Assembly: GCA_964016885.1 (NCBI GenBank)
Contig: OZ024741.1
Coordinates: 37,510,001-37,574,000 of the forward strand
Source of the DNA: Eledone cirrhosa
Taxonomy: Eukaryota
DNA length: 64,000 nt
Reading direction: 5' to 3'
Of this stretch, positions 35,325 through 49,355 are shown one piece after another (the first letter of the stretch is position 1; each line of letters begins with the position of its first letter). The notes beneath the pieces are model-generated. The model ran no database searches. It had not been told where the DNA came from and was given only the letters and a program-made list of their open reading frames with translations. Both the position numbers and the translations under genes were made by a program.

Positions 35325-38300
35325 TATGGATTGAGAGGGACAAGACTGTGTGATTACTGATAACGAGTGTTAGAAATTAAAGGGACACAAACAAGAGATA
35401 GACATTTTCCCTTCATCAGTTGTCTACAACAGGTCACAGATGTTTCAGCACATTATAGACAATACATCTATCTTATTATCAATAAGTTATGAGGGAAAGA
35501 AAAGACGAAAATGAGGCGATAATGAATAGAGAAAAAGAAAGAAAAAAAAGAGAAAAAGAAAAAAAACATACCAATAGAAGGGGGAAACACAGGACAATGG
35601 CACATGTAAGTAAGTAATTGGGGGGAGAGAGAGGACAAAATCAAAAAAGGGCAGTTGGGTTTAAGCCCAGGGGCCTTATTAACAGCGAGAGAGCTAAGAT
35701 GAACATGTCTAGTCTTGGTGAGAATGGCGTAAAGAGAGAGAGAGAGACAATGGAAATGTAAGGGGGAAGAGAGAGAGGGGGGATGAGTGTGAGAGAGAGA
35801 GAGAGAGAGAGACAAAGGAAATGGAAGTGGTAAGGGGGCAGAGAGAGAGAGGGGGAGAAAGAGAGAGGTATGAGTGAGAGAGAGAGGGAGAGAGAGAAAG
35901 AGAAATGGAGAGAAAGGGAAGAGAAGGGAAAAGAGATGATCCAAAAAAGTGGTAAGACACAAGTCTGATCAGGAATAACAAAAACAAGCGAGATTGATAG
36001 AGAGGATGGTGATACATACACACACACATACATACATAGATACAAAATGCATGTACACTCACACACACAGGCATAATGACTTTTCACACAGCTTCCATAT
36101 TCCAAATTTCACTAGAAAGCCATTGGTCAGCCCTTATTTACCCCTTCCCCTTTTTTCTCATTACTTAATTTTGTCATATTTCCATCATTGTATAACTTCT
36201 TTTCTATGTGTAATGTTATTTATATAACTGAATAATAAAACCGTTTTATATCAATTAAAAAAAGACTGTAGTAGAAGACACTTGCCCAAAGTGCCACACA
36301 GTGAGACTGAACTGAAAAGCATGTGGTTGTGAAGCAAAATCTTTAACAACACAGCCATGCCTGGTAGGTAAATAGTTTATTTATAGTGTTTCCATGTTGA
36401 GTAATGGTACAATATAATCTTGACTCCATCTCATTAGGTGTTGTTATTAATCTGTCTTTTTCTTGTTTTGGTTTTTAGCTTCATTTTCTTTTTAATTTCG
36501 TTCTGCCACAAATTATTATCTTGGTGTCATTGTATGGCTGCTTTTTACATTCATCAATGCATGTTGAATTCTCAAGACATGAGACATGCTGGTCATTTGA
36601 ATAGGTGTTTGCTTGAAATATAAGAACAGCATTGTTGTGCTGGATTAGTTGTGTGTGTGTCTGTGTGCATGTATTTGTGTGTGTGTGTGTTTTTGTGTGA
36701 TTTGTGAAGGGAAGGAAGGAAGGAAGGAGATAGTATGTCAAGTCAGTCACTAGTCACATATTGGCAAGCTAGAGCTATTATAAATGGGCGAGTCTCTGCA
36801 GATTATTTGTTGTTCTATGGGAAACTCAGAATCTTTGATCGCAGTTGCTTGTTACGTACATGTCTTATGTGGGAATATAATCAAGTGCTTCTGTTTGAAT
36901 AATTATTGAAGTTAAAAGATCATTGAATATAAAGGTTTTGTGAGATATCTAAATATTTTTAGACTGTTTATCTTTTATTTTTAGTTTGCCAGAAATTAAT
37001 ATTTGTTTATTGGACAAATCCTCCTCCTCCTCCTCACCGTCATCATCATTTTATGTCGGATTTCCATGCTGGCATGAATTGGATGAGTTATCATTGTCCG
37101 AGTCATTATTCAAAGTTATTGCCTTCCTAGACAAATCAGAGAACCCTGTCACACTTATGCATATCAAATTTTGGCATAGTTTCTACAGCTGGATGCCCTT
37201 CCTACAGAATAAACTGGGTGCATTTTATAGCACCAACACTAGAGGAGTTTTTGTATGTCTTCAACACGACAAAGAGTCCTCACTACTCCATTATAATGAA
37301 ATGACTGAATATTAAGGGTTTACACATCTATTTGATATCATTTTCTGAGCTGAAGAATTGAGAGTTGATAGTCTAACAGTGTTAGAATGAAGGCACATGA
37401 CCTTGTACTTAGGATGTTGAACTCATGATCATATTGTCATGGGTTTGATTCTCTAACTATGCTGCATGCCGTTTCCTTGGGCAAGACATTTTATTTCATG
37501 TTACTCCTGTCTACTCAACTGAAAAAAATATAACCCAAAACAGAACAAAATGAGTACTAACAACAGCTGGGATTTAACCTTGGCATCCCTTTTAGGGTGT
37601 CTTTTGTACTCTCAATGACTTAATGCCAATAAAACTGGGATAAGCTCCAAGCTGATGAGCCTGTAGGTTTGGGATAGACTTTAACTGAACATAATATTGG
37701 TGGAGTGTTTGTTGGTTGGTTGGTTAATCTAACATTACTAGAAACAGTGAGTCCTATGTAAGTGTGACAACATCCAACATTGATATGTCGTGCAAATCCA
37801 AGTTATACTTAATGTTATCACTCCATTTTCACCTCATTTTATTTTTTTCTATTTTTCTTGATGCTGGCCGGAAAGAATAGAAATGATACTGGTATTGTGA
37901 ATGGGTGGAGTATTGCTGAGAGGGAGGGAGACAAACAATGGATTGCAGAGAATGACGAGAATAGAGCAAATGAAATAGGATAGTTGGGTCATGTGTTGCA
38001 GTTGGATGAAAATGACTATGAGGAAATGAATGTGGAAGGGAGTAGAGGAAGAGGAAGACCAAGAAAAACAAGATAAAGATAACAGAGGATGGTGCAGATG
38101 AGAGTGCAAAAGGAGAAGCTGGTGTGCCCCTCCCCGACCCTTAAAACTCTTGTTGCTGTTGTTGATAGACACAAGTGGTCTTAACAATATCACCATCATT
38201 CATCCTTGTAGTGGATCCCATTGTTGTGTCAAGGACAGCTACACTAGTGCTGGTGATATATACATTAAAAGCACTAAGTGCATATTGTAAAGTGATTAGT

Positions 38301-38874
38301 ATTAGGAAGGGCATCCAGCCATAGAAAACTTTCCAAACAAGGGGTTATGAGGATCCTTCAGTTGGTGTCAAAAGACACAACTGCTCCTTTGCACTCAATA
38401 TGACTATACATAAGTGGGATACAAACCCCTCAGCCTGTCAGGGGGATCAGTAGTCCTGCTTCAGAACTGACTTGGTCTATATAGACCTGTCCAACCCTTG
38501 CTAGCAGGGTGTAAATGATGATGTTGATGTGTGTGTGTGTATATATATATATATGTATTTATTTATGTTGATACATGGAACAAAAGCACTACCTAAGGTT
38601 TCAAGTCCCAATATTGACCATATCTCTCCAGATTGTAAGAGGGATCAAAATTGTTTTTATATGTGTGTATATATATATACATCAGGATGGATTCAGTTTG
38701 AAACTGGTTAGATTATTACTCAACAGAGTACTCGATACTTGAGGTTCATCTAGCTGTTGAAACGGCAAGAGCTCAGCCGTTGGGTCCCGACTCTTTATAA
38801 TATATATATATGTATATGTTTATATATATATCGACTGATTGGTAAGTATTTCAGATTTGTAGTACTTACAAATC

Positions 38875-39290
38875 AATCATCATCATCATCATCATCACCG
38901 TTTACCATCTGTTCTTCCACGCTAGCATGGGTTAGACGGGTTGTCCTGTTGTGGGCAGTGTCCGGTTGGCTGACTTTGTTATGCTCATACGGGAACTGAT
39001 TCTGGCTTGATTTCTACAGCTGGATGCCCTTCCTAACACCAACCTCATTTACAGTGAGTGCTGGGTGCTTTTTTTCCATGGCGCCTACATGTCCATGTTA
39101 CAGTGAGTGCTGGGTGCAGTGGAATGATAGGGGCCCCAGTCCTATCATCTCATTTCTACAGCTGAGTAAACTGGAGCAATGTGAAATAAAGTGTCTTGCT
39201 CAAGGAAACAACACATCACCCGGTCTGAGAACTGAATTCACAACCTTTCGATTGCAAGCCCAATGCTCTAACCACTAAGCCATGCGCCTT
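38875..39290 (-). mobile_element. CORE-type tRNA SINE carrying the RTE family A tail
   Basis: Head and core as 33071; tail gggttagacgggttgtcctgttgtgggcagtgtccggttggctgac matches 25700-25760. Confidence 0.85.
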
Positions 39291-39717
39291 CATCTATATA
39301 TATATCTCACAAAGGTTCATATTAACTTTACTATTTTATATGTATACATATATACATACACGCACACATATATATATATGTAAGTTATGTGATTATAATC
39401 ATTACAGTCCTTGGTCCATCAGGATTTTAAAGCAGATGATTAAGTTATCGACAATTAAATATCCTGTTGTTAAGGATGGTTTAGCTAGCTGAGCATTAAA
39501 ATTCAATATTAGAAAAGAATCAAGGATATGAGATTTCATATCCTTGATTTTTTTCTTATATATCATCATCCTCATCATCATCATCGTTTAACGTCTATTT
39601 TCCATGCTAGCATGGGTTAGACGGGAGGTGTCTCACTTGTATAAGACTATCTGGCAGACCTGCACGGCCACATTACAGCATGGACCGTGTGTTTTTTTTT
39701 GTCATGACACCTACATG

Positions 39718-39748
<31 letters not shown>

Positions 39749-39762
39749 GATATACATTATTA

Positions 39763-41330
39763 TCATCATCATTTTTATGCCTACTTTTCCATGCTAGCAT
39801 GGGTTGGACAGGTCTTTCTCAGCACGGTATCTCTCCATTTGTCACAGTCCTTCGTCATCTCCACTTCCAGTCTTAGCGATTTGATGTCAGCTCTCACAAC
39901 CTCTGTCCAGGTCTTTCTTGGTCGTCCTCTTCTGTGGCTTCTTCCACTGGGATTTCCTGTCTTCCTTCATACATCGGTCATTGTTTGCATCTTTGACCCT
40001 AAAACCATCAACTTCAATAGATCATCCTTCCTTTTGGTAAGTTGGGGGTAGCTTCTCTTCTTCCTATTCATTCTTTACATTCATCTCGATTCTCACTAAT
40101 ACACTGCCTTGCAATACGGAACACTTCATTCATGTCTCAAGACATTGGCAAATTTACTTTCTTCTGCCTCTCTCCAAGATGTGTATACCTGTCGGCTAGC
40201 TTCTTTCTTAGCTATTTGGTATTGGTCTCTGCTACATATTTTAAGTCTTTCCATGCCTCTCTCTTGGCTTTAATGGCTCTATCTACTGTGCTATTCCACC
40301 ACCAAGTCACCCTCTGTCTGGCTGGTGCTTTACTCCAGCCGCAAGTCTCGCCAGTAGTTTGCAAACAATTCTCGCGTAAAAATTTCCAGTTGTCCTCTGT
40401 GTTATATGTATCTAGCTTGTCATCCCTCTCATCAAGTGCATCCTGCAGGGCCTTTCTAAACCTATATTTAACTGAAAGGTTCTTTAACTTCCACACCTTC
40501 CAGCTCCATATTTTCCTGTATGTCTTGTTCTGTCTTTTGTTTATTTTGATGTCACTAATAACTAACTTGTGCCAGGTAAGGCCTTAGTATTTATTACAGT
40601 CTGTTTGTCTTGTTGTCTAACAAGTAATCAATTTGGATTTTGTGTTCACCTGATTGATATGAAATCAGGTGGTTGGCTAGTTTCTTGAAATTTGTGTTGC
40701 AAATGGTTAATTCACAGTTGGTTGCGTCACAGGATTTCAGAAGTCTCAGCCCCTCTTCATTCCTTGAGCCATAGCCTCCATGAACTCTGCTGAATCCATC
40801 ATGGTACTGTCCCACATATCCATTGAAGTTGCCTGCCAAGATGATGAGGTCTCTTTTGTCAATATCTGAAGTTATCTATAAAAGTTCCTCATAGAGCCTG
40901 TCCTTTTGTTCTTTACCTAGTCCTGTCTGTGGAGCATAGGTAGATGTGATTGTCACCAGTCTATTTCCTACAGTTAATGTAAGTTCTTTGATGCTGTCAC
41001 TTACTCTGACTAACTCTATCACCTTATCTATCCATTTCTCAGCTAGTAAGATGCCTACACCTCTTACCCTATTGTCATTTCCTACCCAGTAGAGTTTTTA
41101 TCTAAGTTGATTCCCCGTAATTTGTCTCACTGAGGCACTCCCTCCATCTCACTTCTTGTACACAACATACATCTACTTCTCTTATCTCTAACAGCTCCAC
41201 AATTTCACCTGATTTACTTTTCAAGGTACCAACATTGAGGGTAGCAGTCCTGAGATTTGTACCTTGATAGTTAGAAGTTCTATGTACCTGAAAGGGAAAG
41301 TGGTTGTGCGATTGCTTGATGATGGTTGAG
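39763..41330 (-). mobile_element. Degenerate RTE LINE with large internal deletion (APE region joined to 3' end)
   Basis: LRTATLNVGTL...CCVQEVRW, GNFNGYVG and VTWWWN pieces; (GAT)n tail at 39763. Confidence 0.85.
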
Positions 41331-41749
41331 GGGTTCTTGCACATGGCTACTCTAGCCACCCTCACTATCATACACAGCACTAACATGACTTGTGTTAGCT
41401 CTGTGATCGCAACTAGTGGAAATCATATTGGTCTTGCTTTTCATATTTTTGGTTGGGTTTTACTGGCTGGATTCCTTTACTATCACCAACCACTTTACAG
41501 TGTAGACTGGCCACATTGTTCATGCCACCAGCACTAGAGAGGTTGTCATACCAGATTTAAGAGTTCTCTCCACTCTGTATCAGTTTTTATTTGGAGTGTC
41601 TACTCTCCTAGACAGGTAGCCTTCACTATGGCTTACAGAGCCCACGTCTTCCTCCTGCAGTTGTTTTTACTCAGAGTCACTGCCTTCCTAGACAGGTTGC
41701 CTTCACTTCTGCTTACTAGAGTCATGCCTGTTCCATGTAGTTGTTTTTA

Positions 41750-42290
41750 ATTGGGTCACATCACAATTTTTCATCATCTCCACTGTGAATTTCAGAGATT
41801 TGAGATTGGCTCTCACCATCTCTGCCCAGGTCTTCCTTGGCTTTCCTATAATGTTGCTTCCTTCTACCGGGATTTCTCAGCACTTGTTCACCCAGCGATC
41901 ACCATCTGTGCACATCACATCTCCACACCAACACAGTCTTTTCTCTTGCACACTACTTCTGATTCCTCTTATACTCAGTTTTTCTCTCATTTCATCCAAT
42001 CTCTGTTGTTTTCTTACATTAACATTACACATCCATTGAAGCATGCTTGCTTCATTTCTCTCCAGCCTGTACATATCCTTTGTAGCCACTGCCCATGTTT
42101 CTGATGCAGCATAGCACTTCACACACAGGTGACATACAGCCAGCCTTTCATTCGGAGAAAGAAATCTTTTGCTGTTAACAGAGGAAGTAGTTTCCTATAC
42201 TCCTTCCATCCTATCCTTATTGTAGCTGCTATGCTCTCAGATCACCCTTCTCCATTGGTAATTCAAACATCTAGATAACAGAGATTATGA
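41750..42290 (-). mobile_element. Degenerate RTE C-terminal fragment
   Basis: SETWAV...RLERNEASMLQWMC...LCWCGDV (ORF 41877-42122). Confidence 0.8.
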
Positions 42291-42874
42291 CAATATAAAG
42301 GTGTGTGTGTGTGGGGGGGGGGGGTATATATATATTGAACATAACTAAGTATCATCAAATATTGTATATAACCAGAGGTAATAAAATATGATAGAAAACA
42401 ATGACCGGGTGAAAAGCAAGCCCAAAAGGACAAAAATATGCTTCAGTAATAAGGGCTACAACTAATAAAGATGCAGGCCTTGTTATTAAGTGTATGGTGG
42501 AATGTTTGTAAATCTGGTTTTTATGCACCCATTCTACTATGTAGGATGACAGAATATCATACTTGGAAATTTAAGTGTTAAGTTTGACCTGGCTTTGTAT
42601 TATTGCCAATAAATGTATTATAGCTTGCCAAATATGAATTGGTTGTGCTTTATCTTGTGTTAGATGAAAGAGTGGTGGGGGTCGAGCCTTTAGCTGTAAC
42701 ATACCATATTTTCGACCTTATGAAAACTTAATAGACAACTTTCAATCATATTTATGGAGCATTGAGAACATTTTTAATTTTTAATGTATGCTAGCTTAAT
42801 ATAAGCTCAATGCAGGCTTTTTCAGTATGAAACAAGTCAGGCATATAAGCCCCTAGGGTTACATTAAGCTAACA

Positions 42875-43076
42875 TATGAAGGTCAGCTGAAAAGTTCATA
42901 GACTGACAAAGATACTCTCATGGAATGACCAAATGAGGTTTATTTTTTAACATAGTCCCTGGAAAGAAACAACGAATTTTAAAATAAGAAGAGTTGAAAT
43001 TAATGCATGCAAGATTTCACAGCTCTAACATTGTTCCTTCATAGTCGGCCTATGAAATTTTCAGCTCATCCTCGTA
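42875..43076. mobile_element. mariner-type MITE
   Basis: TIRs tatgaaggtcagctgaaaagttcatagactgac / gtcggcctatgaaattttcagctcatcctcgta, TA ends. Confidence 0.75.
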
Positions 43077-43249
43077 CATTAAAAATTCACAATAACATAT
43101 ATTCAATATATGTTTTATAACAGTTTGGTTAGGTGTTTCATTTCACAAAGGATTAAAAGGAATTTGATTTGCAAAAGTATTTTAATACTGCTTTCACCAG
43201 TAGTTAGTCACATGTAATGAATAGGTGAGAACTGTAGAACACAACACCA

Positions 43250-43557
43250 AGCACTGCAACCTGGTGCAGTCTGTGACTAACCCAGGTTCTGCTGCCCATC
43301 AGGCTGAGGAGGCCAAACTCTTCAAATACTGGTCGCTCTCGAACAGGTTCGCGGTTGTACCCTTGACAGTGAAGACTTCTGGTCTCCTCGGCACTAGGGC
43401 TACCTCCCTACTCACCACCATAGGCGCTGAGCTGGCTAGCCGCAGGTGTGAGCCTCGTGAGCTGGAATGGCTTTTCCAGCGCGTCTCCCTTGCCGTCCTC
43501 TGGGGAAACGCCTTCTCCATTCTGTCCGCCGGAGCTGTGGGGAGGCCACCGATATGA
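43250..43557 (+). mobile_element. CRE-clade non-LTR retrotransposon 3' fragment (restriction-like endonuclease C-terminus)
   Basis: AAHQAEEAKLFKY..L...VPLTVKTSG..G..A..LL..IG...EPRE..WLFQRVSLAVLWGNA motif. Confidence 0.75.
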
Positions 43558-43804
43558 TTGACTGACTTGTCATTTTATCAGTCAGATGTTTTTAGACATC
43601 ACCCAGTTAAATATGATCCATTCTGTGCTGTTTGTCTTTTACATCTTAGAATGTCTGTCTTGTAAATGCAAATCTATAAAGTAATCTATCCATAAGCAAG
43701 AGAATTGAACCACTATCAGATATTTTAATTTAATACTCAAGCTGTTAAAGTTTTTATTATTTTCTCTTTTATTTATATTTCTTCAACCAATTTTTATTTA
43801 TATA

Positions 43805-44490
43805 CTAGTACATAACCCGTTTGTTTTATGGCCAGAATAAGTAATATCCGGTTTGTTCACCAAACTTTAACACAGCCATGTTTGTATATCATGTAACATC
43901 CGTCTTCATGCATACATACACACACACTCACACACACAAACACACACATATATATGTGTATGTATATATATATATATCATATGTATACTGTGTAACATCT
44001 GTCTTCATACCTACACACACACACATATACTATATATTGTGTAACATCTGTACATCTGTCTTCACACACACACACACATATATATAAAGGATGGATAAAT
44101 TCCCAACTATGGGTTAAATAGCCTCACAAGCCAGCAATTGTCCAAGGGTGGTGAGCATGGCTATACTCCTGACAGGACCAAAACCAAACAGAAAGTGGTG
44201 GAGGTCAATCAGGAAAGGATTCCTCCAACAGGAGTGGATTGGATATATATACAGAGAGAGAGGGGGTAGAGGAAGAGAGACAACACTGTTGGGACAAAGA
44301 ATGCTGACTTCTGGCTTGAATGAAAGCATTTTAGAACATTCTGATCATGTCCACCCCAACTCCGTCTTGTCCTACTTTTAAATAGCTTCTATGAATTCTA
44401 AACAAAATGTTTTAGACGGTTCTTGTGAGATTATTGCATTTGTGTGCAACAGACGGATATAAAAACAGCTTAGTGTTATTATAATATAGA
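43805..44490 (-). mobile_element. Non-autonomous Helitron
   Basis: Minus strand a|TCTATATTATAATAAC...cgggttatgtaCTAG|t; internal microsatellite subrepeats. Confidence 0.6.
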
Positions 44491-45354
44491 TTTATTTGAA
44501 AAGTAATCAGAAATTTAAGTACTTACTTTAATTTCTTTTCTTTTTGCTGCATGTGAACTAGAAACATTTGTGTTCAATGCAACAAAGGCCATTGTTGAAA
44601 TCAAGTGCTGAGCTAATTTATGACTTTCAAGGAACACAAGTCTGGACATGTGGATTTTTGCAAGGGCTTTCTCCATTACATGCTGTCTCTCTCTTGGTAT
44701 AACAAAAGCTATTTTGATAAGTGGGTGATATTTTTATTTTACTTCACTGGAATAAAACTTTGGTACTTTTTTCTCATTTTAACCAATTATGATATACATT
44801 ATTATTGTCTACTAATATCTGTGAAGTTTATTCTGAAACTAAAATTATGATGAAATATTAGATTTTAATCCTTTTGATACTAATCCACCTTAAGCCACTC
44901 TTGCTTCTGTTATACAAAACTGTTTATTCTAAAGTGGTTAGTTACATATACCTTCTATAATAATTTCATGTAAAAACGTTTGTTAAGTTATGCTCCAAAA
45001 AACAGCTTGATAATGAGTTTTTATTAATTCATTTTTTTTAAATTTAAATATCCCTGTAAAGCTGTTAAGCCATGACAGACTGAGAAAGGTATCTAATACT
45101 CTTTATAATTAAGAAACAAAAACGAGAGAGTGAGGGGGGGGGGGGGCAAAAGAAGCAAAAGAAATATGGTGAAAAACAAAGACAGCTATTATGTTACTAA
45201 GTCCCTCTGAATTTTTGATTTTTTTTTCTAAAGGATTTGAAAATCATACGCAGTGTCTTTCTTTAGAAATAAGGAATAAAAAGGTTAAATAAAAGGCAAG
45301 ATTAAAACAAATAAAAAGAGGCTAAAGTTTTTTCTAAAACAAATATTTTTTCTA

Positions 45355-46800
45355 ACTAATGGCTTTTAATTTTGGTACAATGCCATCAATCTGGATGAAG
45401 GAGAGAGTTGGTTAAATCAACTCCTAGTACTTTATTGGTTCTTTATTTTATCAACTCTAGGAGGAAGGATGAAAGGCAAAATTGACCTCTGTAGGATTTC
45501 AACTCAGAAGGTAAAGAGTCGGAACAAATACCAAAAAGTATCTTCACAAATTTTCTCGTGATACTGTTAATCTATCACTACCATTTTCTAATGTTTTTTA
45601 ATTGTTTCTACTTTTGGCGCAAGGCCAGCAATTACCCAGTACATTACTAGGGCAAAGGTAACCTCGGCGGGATTTGAATTCAGTCCGTAAAGGGACGTAA
45701 CTGTGCTGCACAGCATGGCGTTCGACCCTCTTCCAATACTGCTAACACTACCATTTTTTAATGTTTTCTAAATAATTGTTTCTACTTTTGGCACAAGGCT
45801 AGCAATTATCCCAGTATATTACTGGTACTTTATTTTATTGACCCTGTAAGGATGAAAGGCAAAGTTAACCTCGGCGGTTTTTGAACTCAGATCATAAAGG
45901 GAGGTAACTCTATGTTTCAAAGCATGGCATCCGACTCTCTACCGATACTGCCAATCCCACCACCCTATGTTTTCTAAATAATGATTTCTAATTTAGACAC
46001 AAGGCCAGTAATTTTGGGGGAGGGGAATGTCAATTGTATCAACCCCAGTACTTAGCTAGTACTTTATTCTTTTGACCACAGAAGGATGAAATGCAAAATT
46101 AATCTTAGCAGGATTTCAACTCAGAACATAAAAAACCATAACTAAATGTCATAAAGGATTTTGTTTGACGCTCTAATGATTCTTTCAATCAACCATCATT
46201 AATGATTTCTAATTTTGGTATGAGGCCTGCAATTTGGATAAAGGGGCAAGTTAATTAAATAAAGGAGGAAGGATAAAAGGTAAGACTAACCTCAGCAGGA
46301 TTTGAACTCAGAAGGTTAAAAGCGGGAACAAATATCATGAAATATTTTGACTAATGCACTTATAATTTTGGCACAAGGCCAGCAATTAAATCAGTGTATT
46401 ACTGGTACTTTATTTTATCGACCCATTAAGGATGAAAGGCAAAGTTAACCTCGGCGGGATTTGAACTCAGACCATAAAGGGCCGTAACTCTTTGCTGCAA
46501 ATCATGGCATCCGAATCTCTACCGATACTGCCAATCCACTGCCCTATAATACTCTTATAATAATACTAATCTACCACTACCACCCTACTAGTGTTTTCTA
46601 AATAGTAATTTATAACATTAGCACAAGGCTAGCAATTTGGGAGATGAGTAAAATCAATTATATCAACCAAGGTACGTAACTGGTACTTTATTTTATCAGT
46701 GCTGGAGAGTTGAAAGGCAAAGTTGACCTTGGTGGGATTTGAACTCAAAATGTAGAAACATGTAATTAACTACTGCAAATCATTTTGTATGAAGCTCTAT
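45355..46800 (-). mobile_element. Cluster of ~7 Meta-domain SINEs, all in the same orientation
   Basis: Repeated core units; short direct repeats (e.g. atgttttctaaataat at ~45761 and ~45967) consistent with TSDs. Confidence 0.88.
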
Positions 46801-47281
46801 TGAAGCTAGGCTACCATATTGTCAGCTAGCTAAACAGGTCTATTTTGATCATCAAATATACAAAGTCGGTTCCCTGGTCTGTACATGACATTCTTAAACA
46901 TACACTTTTTTCTGTAAACAAAACATTCCTTGTTTTTCTCTGAGGGGATAATGACTCACAGCTAAGGTTTGTCTGTGTTTTTTGTTTTCACTTGTTTCAC
47001 AGTCAGATAAAGGTAGGTCAGCTTAGTTTTACCACCTTTTTTATTTCACTCTCCCCCACCATCACCACTGAACCACCTCACCTTGGACATGGTTCTTCAA
47101 GGAAATCCCTGTCACCCATCGTCAACTTTCACATACATGTTTCCTTTCAAAGCCTAATGTCTCCTGATCTCAATTGAATGAACTTATGCTCCTTCCAGCT
47201 TAAACAAAACAGACAGGGGTGAGGGTGGAGGTGAGGAATGGAGGAACAAAATAATGATACTACTACTACCACCACCACCAT

Positions 47282-47314
<33 letters not shown>

Positions 47315-47947
47315 ACTGTGCTGGTGTTACTGTTGTTGGCTGTGGTAGCTGCAGCAGTGGTGGTGCTAGTAGTAGTATTTTTTTGTTTAAATGCTACATC
47401 AAAGCAGTATATACCACAAGACCTGTCATTTGAGATATGCTTTCATTTAAAGTGTAACACAAAGACAAGATGTACAAAGATTAATGCAAAGTTCTCAGTT
47501 AACAATTCTCTAGCCCAAACCATATTCATTGAGCCAATGTTTAGAGAAAGGACAGAGAGTGCTTATTCAATTGTCATAAGATTAAGGCAGTTCATTCTTC
47601 TGATGGCTTTGCCAACATAAACAAGTTATGACTTACATTGTGTACTGCTAGAGAGCTAGAATGACAATTTATAGTGGAGAGTGGTGGGGTTGGGGTGGGG
47701 CAAGAAAAACCAATACCAAAACAAAACAAAAGAAAAAAAAAAGAAATATCATAGATCAGATTTGATCTAAAAATATAAATTAACACATTTTCAAAACAGA
47801 GCAAAAGAATTTCTATAGAGAAGAAATTTACTTAACTCATAACAAACTCAATATAACTACAATGATTTCTAAAGAACATAAATGATTATTACAAACAGTT
47901 CCTCTCAGTACTTTAATACTACTGCTATTTCAGAAACTATCTTTTCT

Positions 47948-48164
47948 CACCCCAACAGTTTAATAATTGTTTCTACTTTAGGCACAAGGCCAGCAATTAA
48001 TCAGTGCATTACTGGTACTTTATTTTATCGACCCCGTAAGGATGAAAGGCAAAGTCAACTTCGGCGGGATTTGAACTCAGATCGTAAAGGGACGTAACTA
48101 TGCTGGAAAGCATGGCGTCCGACCCTCTACTGATACTGCCAATCCACCCCAACAGTTTAATAAT
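47948..48164 (-). mobile_element. Young Meta-domain SINE with TSD
   Basis: Flanked by caccccaacagtttaataat direct repeats. Confidence 0.88.
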
Positions 48165-48179
48165 GTTAGGTTTTTGAGG

Positions 48180-48470
48180 GTGGAGGCTCGTGGCCTAATG
48201 GTATATGTGTTGGACTTACGATCATAATAATGTCATTGGTTTGATTCCTGGGCTGAGTTGTGTGTTGTGTTCTTGATCAAAATACTTAATTTCATGTTGC
48301 TCCAGTATGCTCAGCTGAAAATATGTACCAGCAATAGCTAGGGGTTTAACTCCACGATGGACTGGCATCCTGTCCAGGAAGAAGTCTTGTACACTCAGTC
48401 ACTTCACACTACAAAACCAGGATAAGCACTGGCTTGACGAGTCTCCTGGCTTGAGACAGACTTAGACTTT
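48180..48470 (+). mobile_element. Old tRNA-derived SINE (related copy 37390-37685)
   Basis: ggaggctcgtggcctaatgg head, ggtttgattcct B box, CORE-like segment, ggataagc...cagactt tail. Confidence 0.6.
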
Positions 48471-49355
48471 TGAAGTGAAACCTATAAGAAGGCAAATTTT
48501 CAAATATATCCAATTTTAGAATTGGTATAGTTTTTATAATAAAACAGCCCCCTCCCTCCTCATCCACACCTCCAAAAAGACATCGGTGCTGACATGGCTG
48601 CATGGTTAAGAAATTCACTTTGTAGCACTTTGGTTTCAGATTTACAATCAATGTTGGCAAAAGCCTCAAATTCACCAGTTGCCTTATGTGTGAAATTTGT
48701 TAGATGGAAACTGCCCATTGTATACATGCATGTGTGTGTGTGTTTCTGTTTGTGTGTCTGTTTCTGTGTTTATGTCTTATAACTTAGCAGTTTGACAAAA
48801 ATAGATTAATGAAATAAGTTCCAGATATGGTTGAATAAATCTTTTTAAGGCAATGCCCCAGCATAGCCACAGTCTAATGAATGAAACTAGTAAAAGAATA
48901 AAAGAATTCAGTGTATAAGTTATTTTTTTAATTGGTTTAATCAGTTGTTTCGAGGATAGCATATTGAGGGAGGAAACAATTATATTTAGACATCTGTTAA
49001 TTTTGCAACAGAGACAGAGTGAATTTTGTCTAAATACCTCAGGTGAGTGACTTAGCTGTAGAAAATCCGCTGTTAAACTGTGTGTATCTGGTGCAGTGTA
49101 GGTACACCATATCTCATCATGATTCCCACAAGACTAACCCCTGCTTTCAAATGCTTGTTGTATTGTACTGTATTAAAGAAGAAATGCCACCGAGATGAGA
49201 TGACAATGGATAAGTACTGTTGTCGAAAACATATTGTACAAATGGCTAATTATTCTAATAACTACTGTGAAGCTATTGGAATCAATCGGGAAGCTAGAAA
49301 ATCATTAATTGCTTTTAACTACTTATGAGGATGTTCATCATCTTTTATTCAAACA

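Noticed and set aside
35400-35430. Minus-strand CTGATGA followed by agg-GAAA with flanking tagaca/tgtcta
   Set aside because: No stem II or stem III; incomplete as a hammerhead
35468-36105. Three overlapping Leu/Ser-rich ORFs
   Set aside because: Translation of GA/CT low-complexity sequence
37650-37680. CTGATGAG-cctgtagg hairpin
   Set aside because: No GAAA; it is part of a SINE tail
38680-38716. tcaggatggattcagtttGAAActggtt, possible decayed HHR
   Set aside because: CUGA box broken and 5' stem I missing
42480-42700. Possible decayed GIY-YIG (IIY..YI..KTRF..H) on the minus strand
   Set aside because: Needs several frameshifts; too degenerate to support by eye
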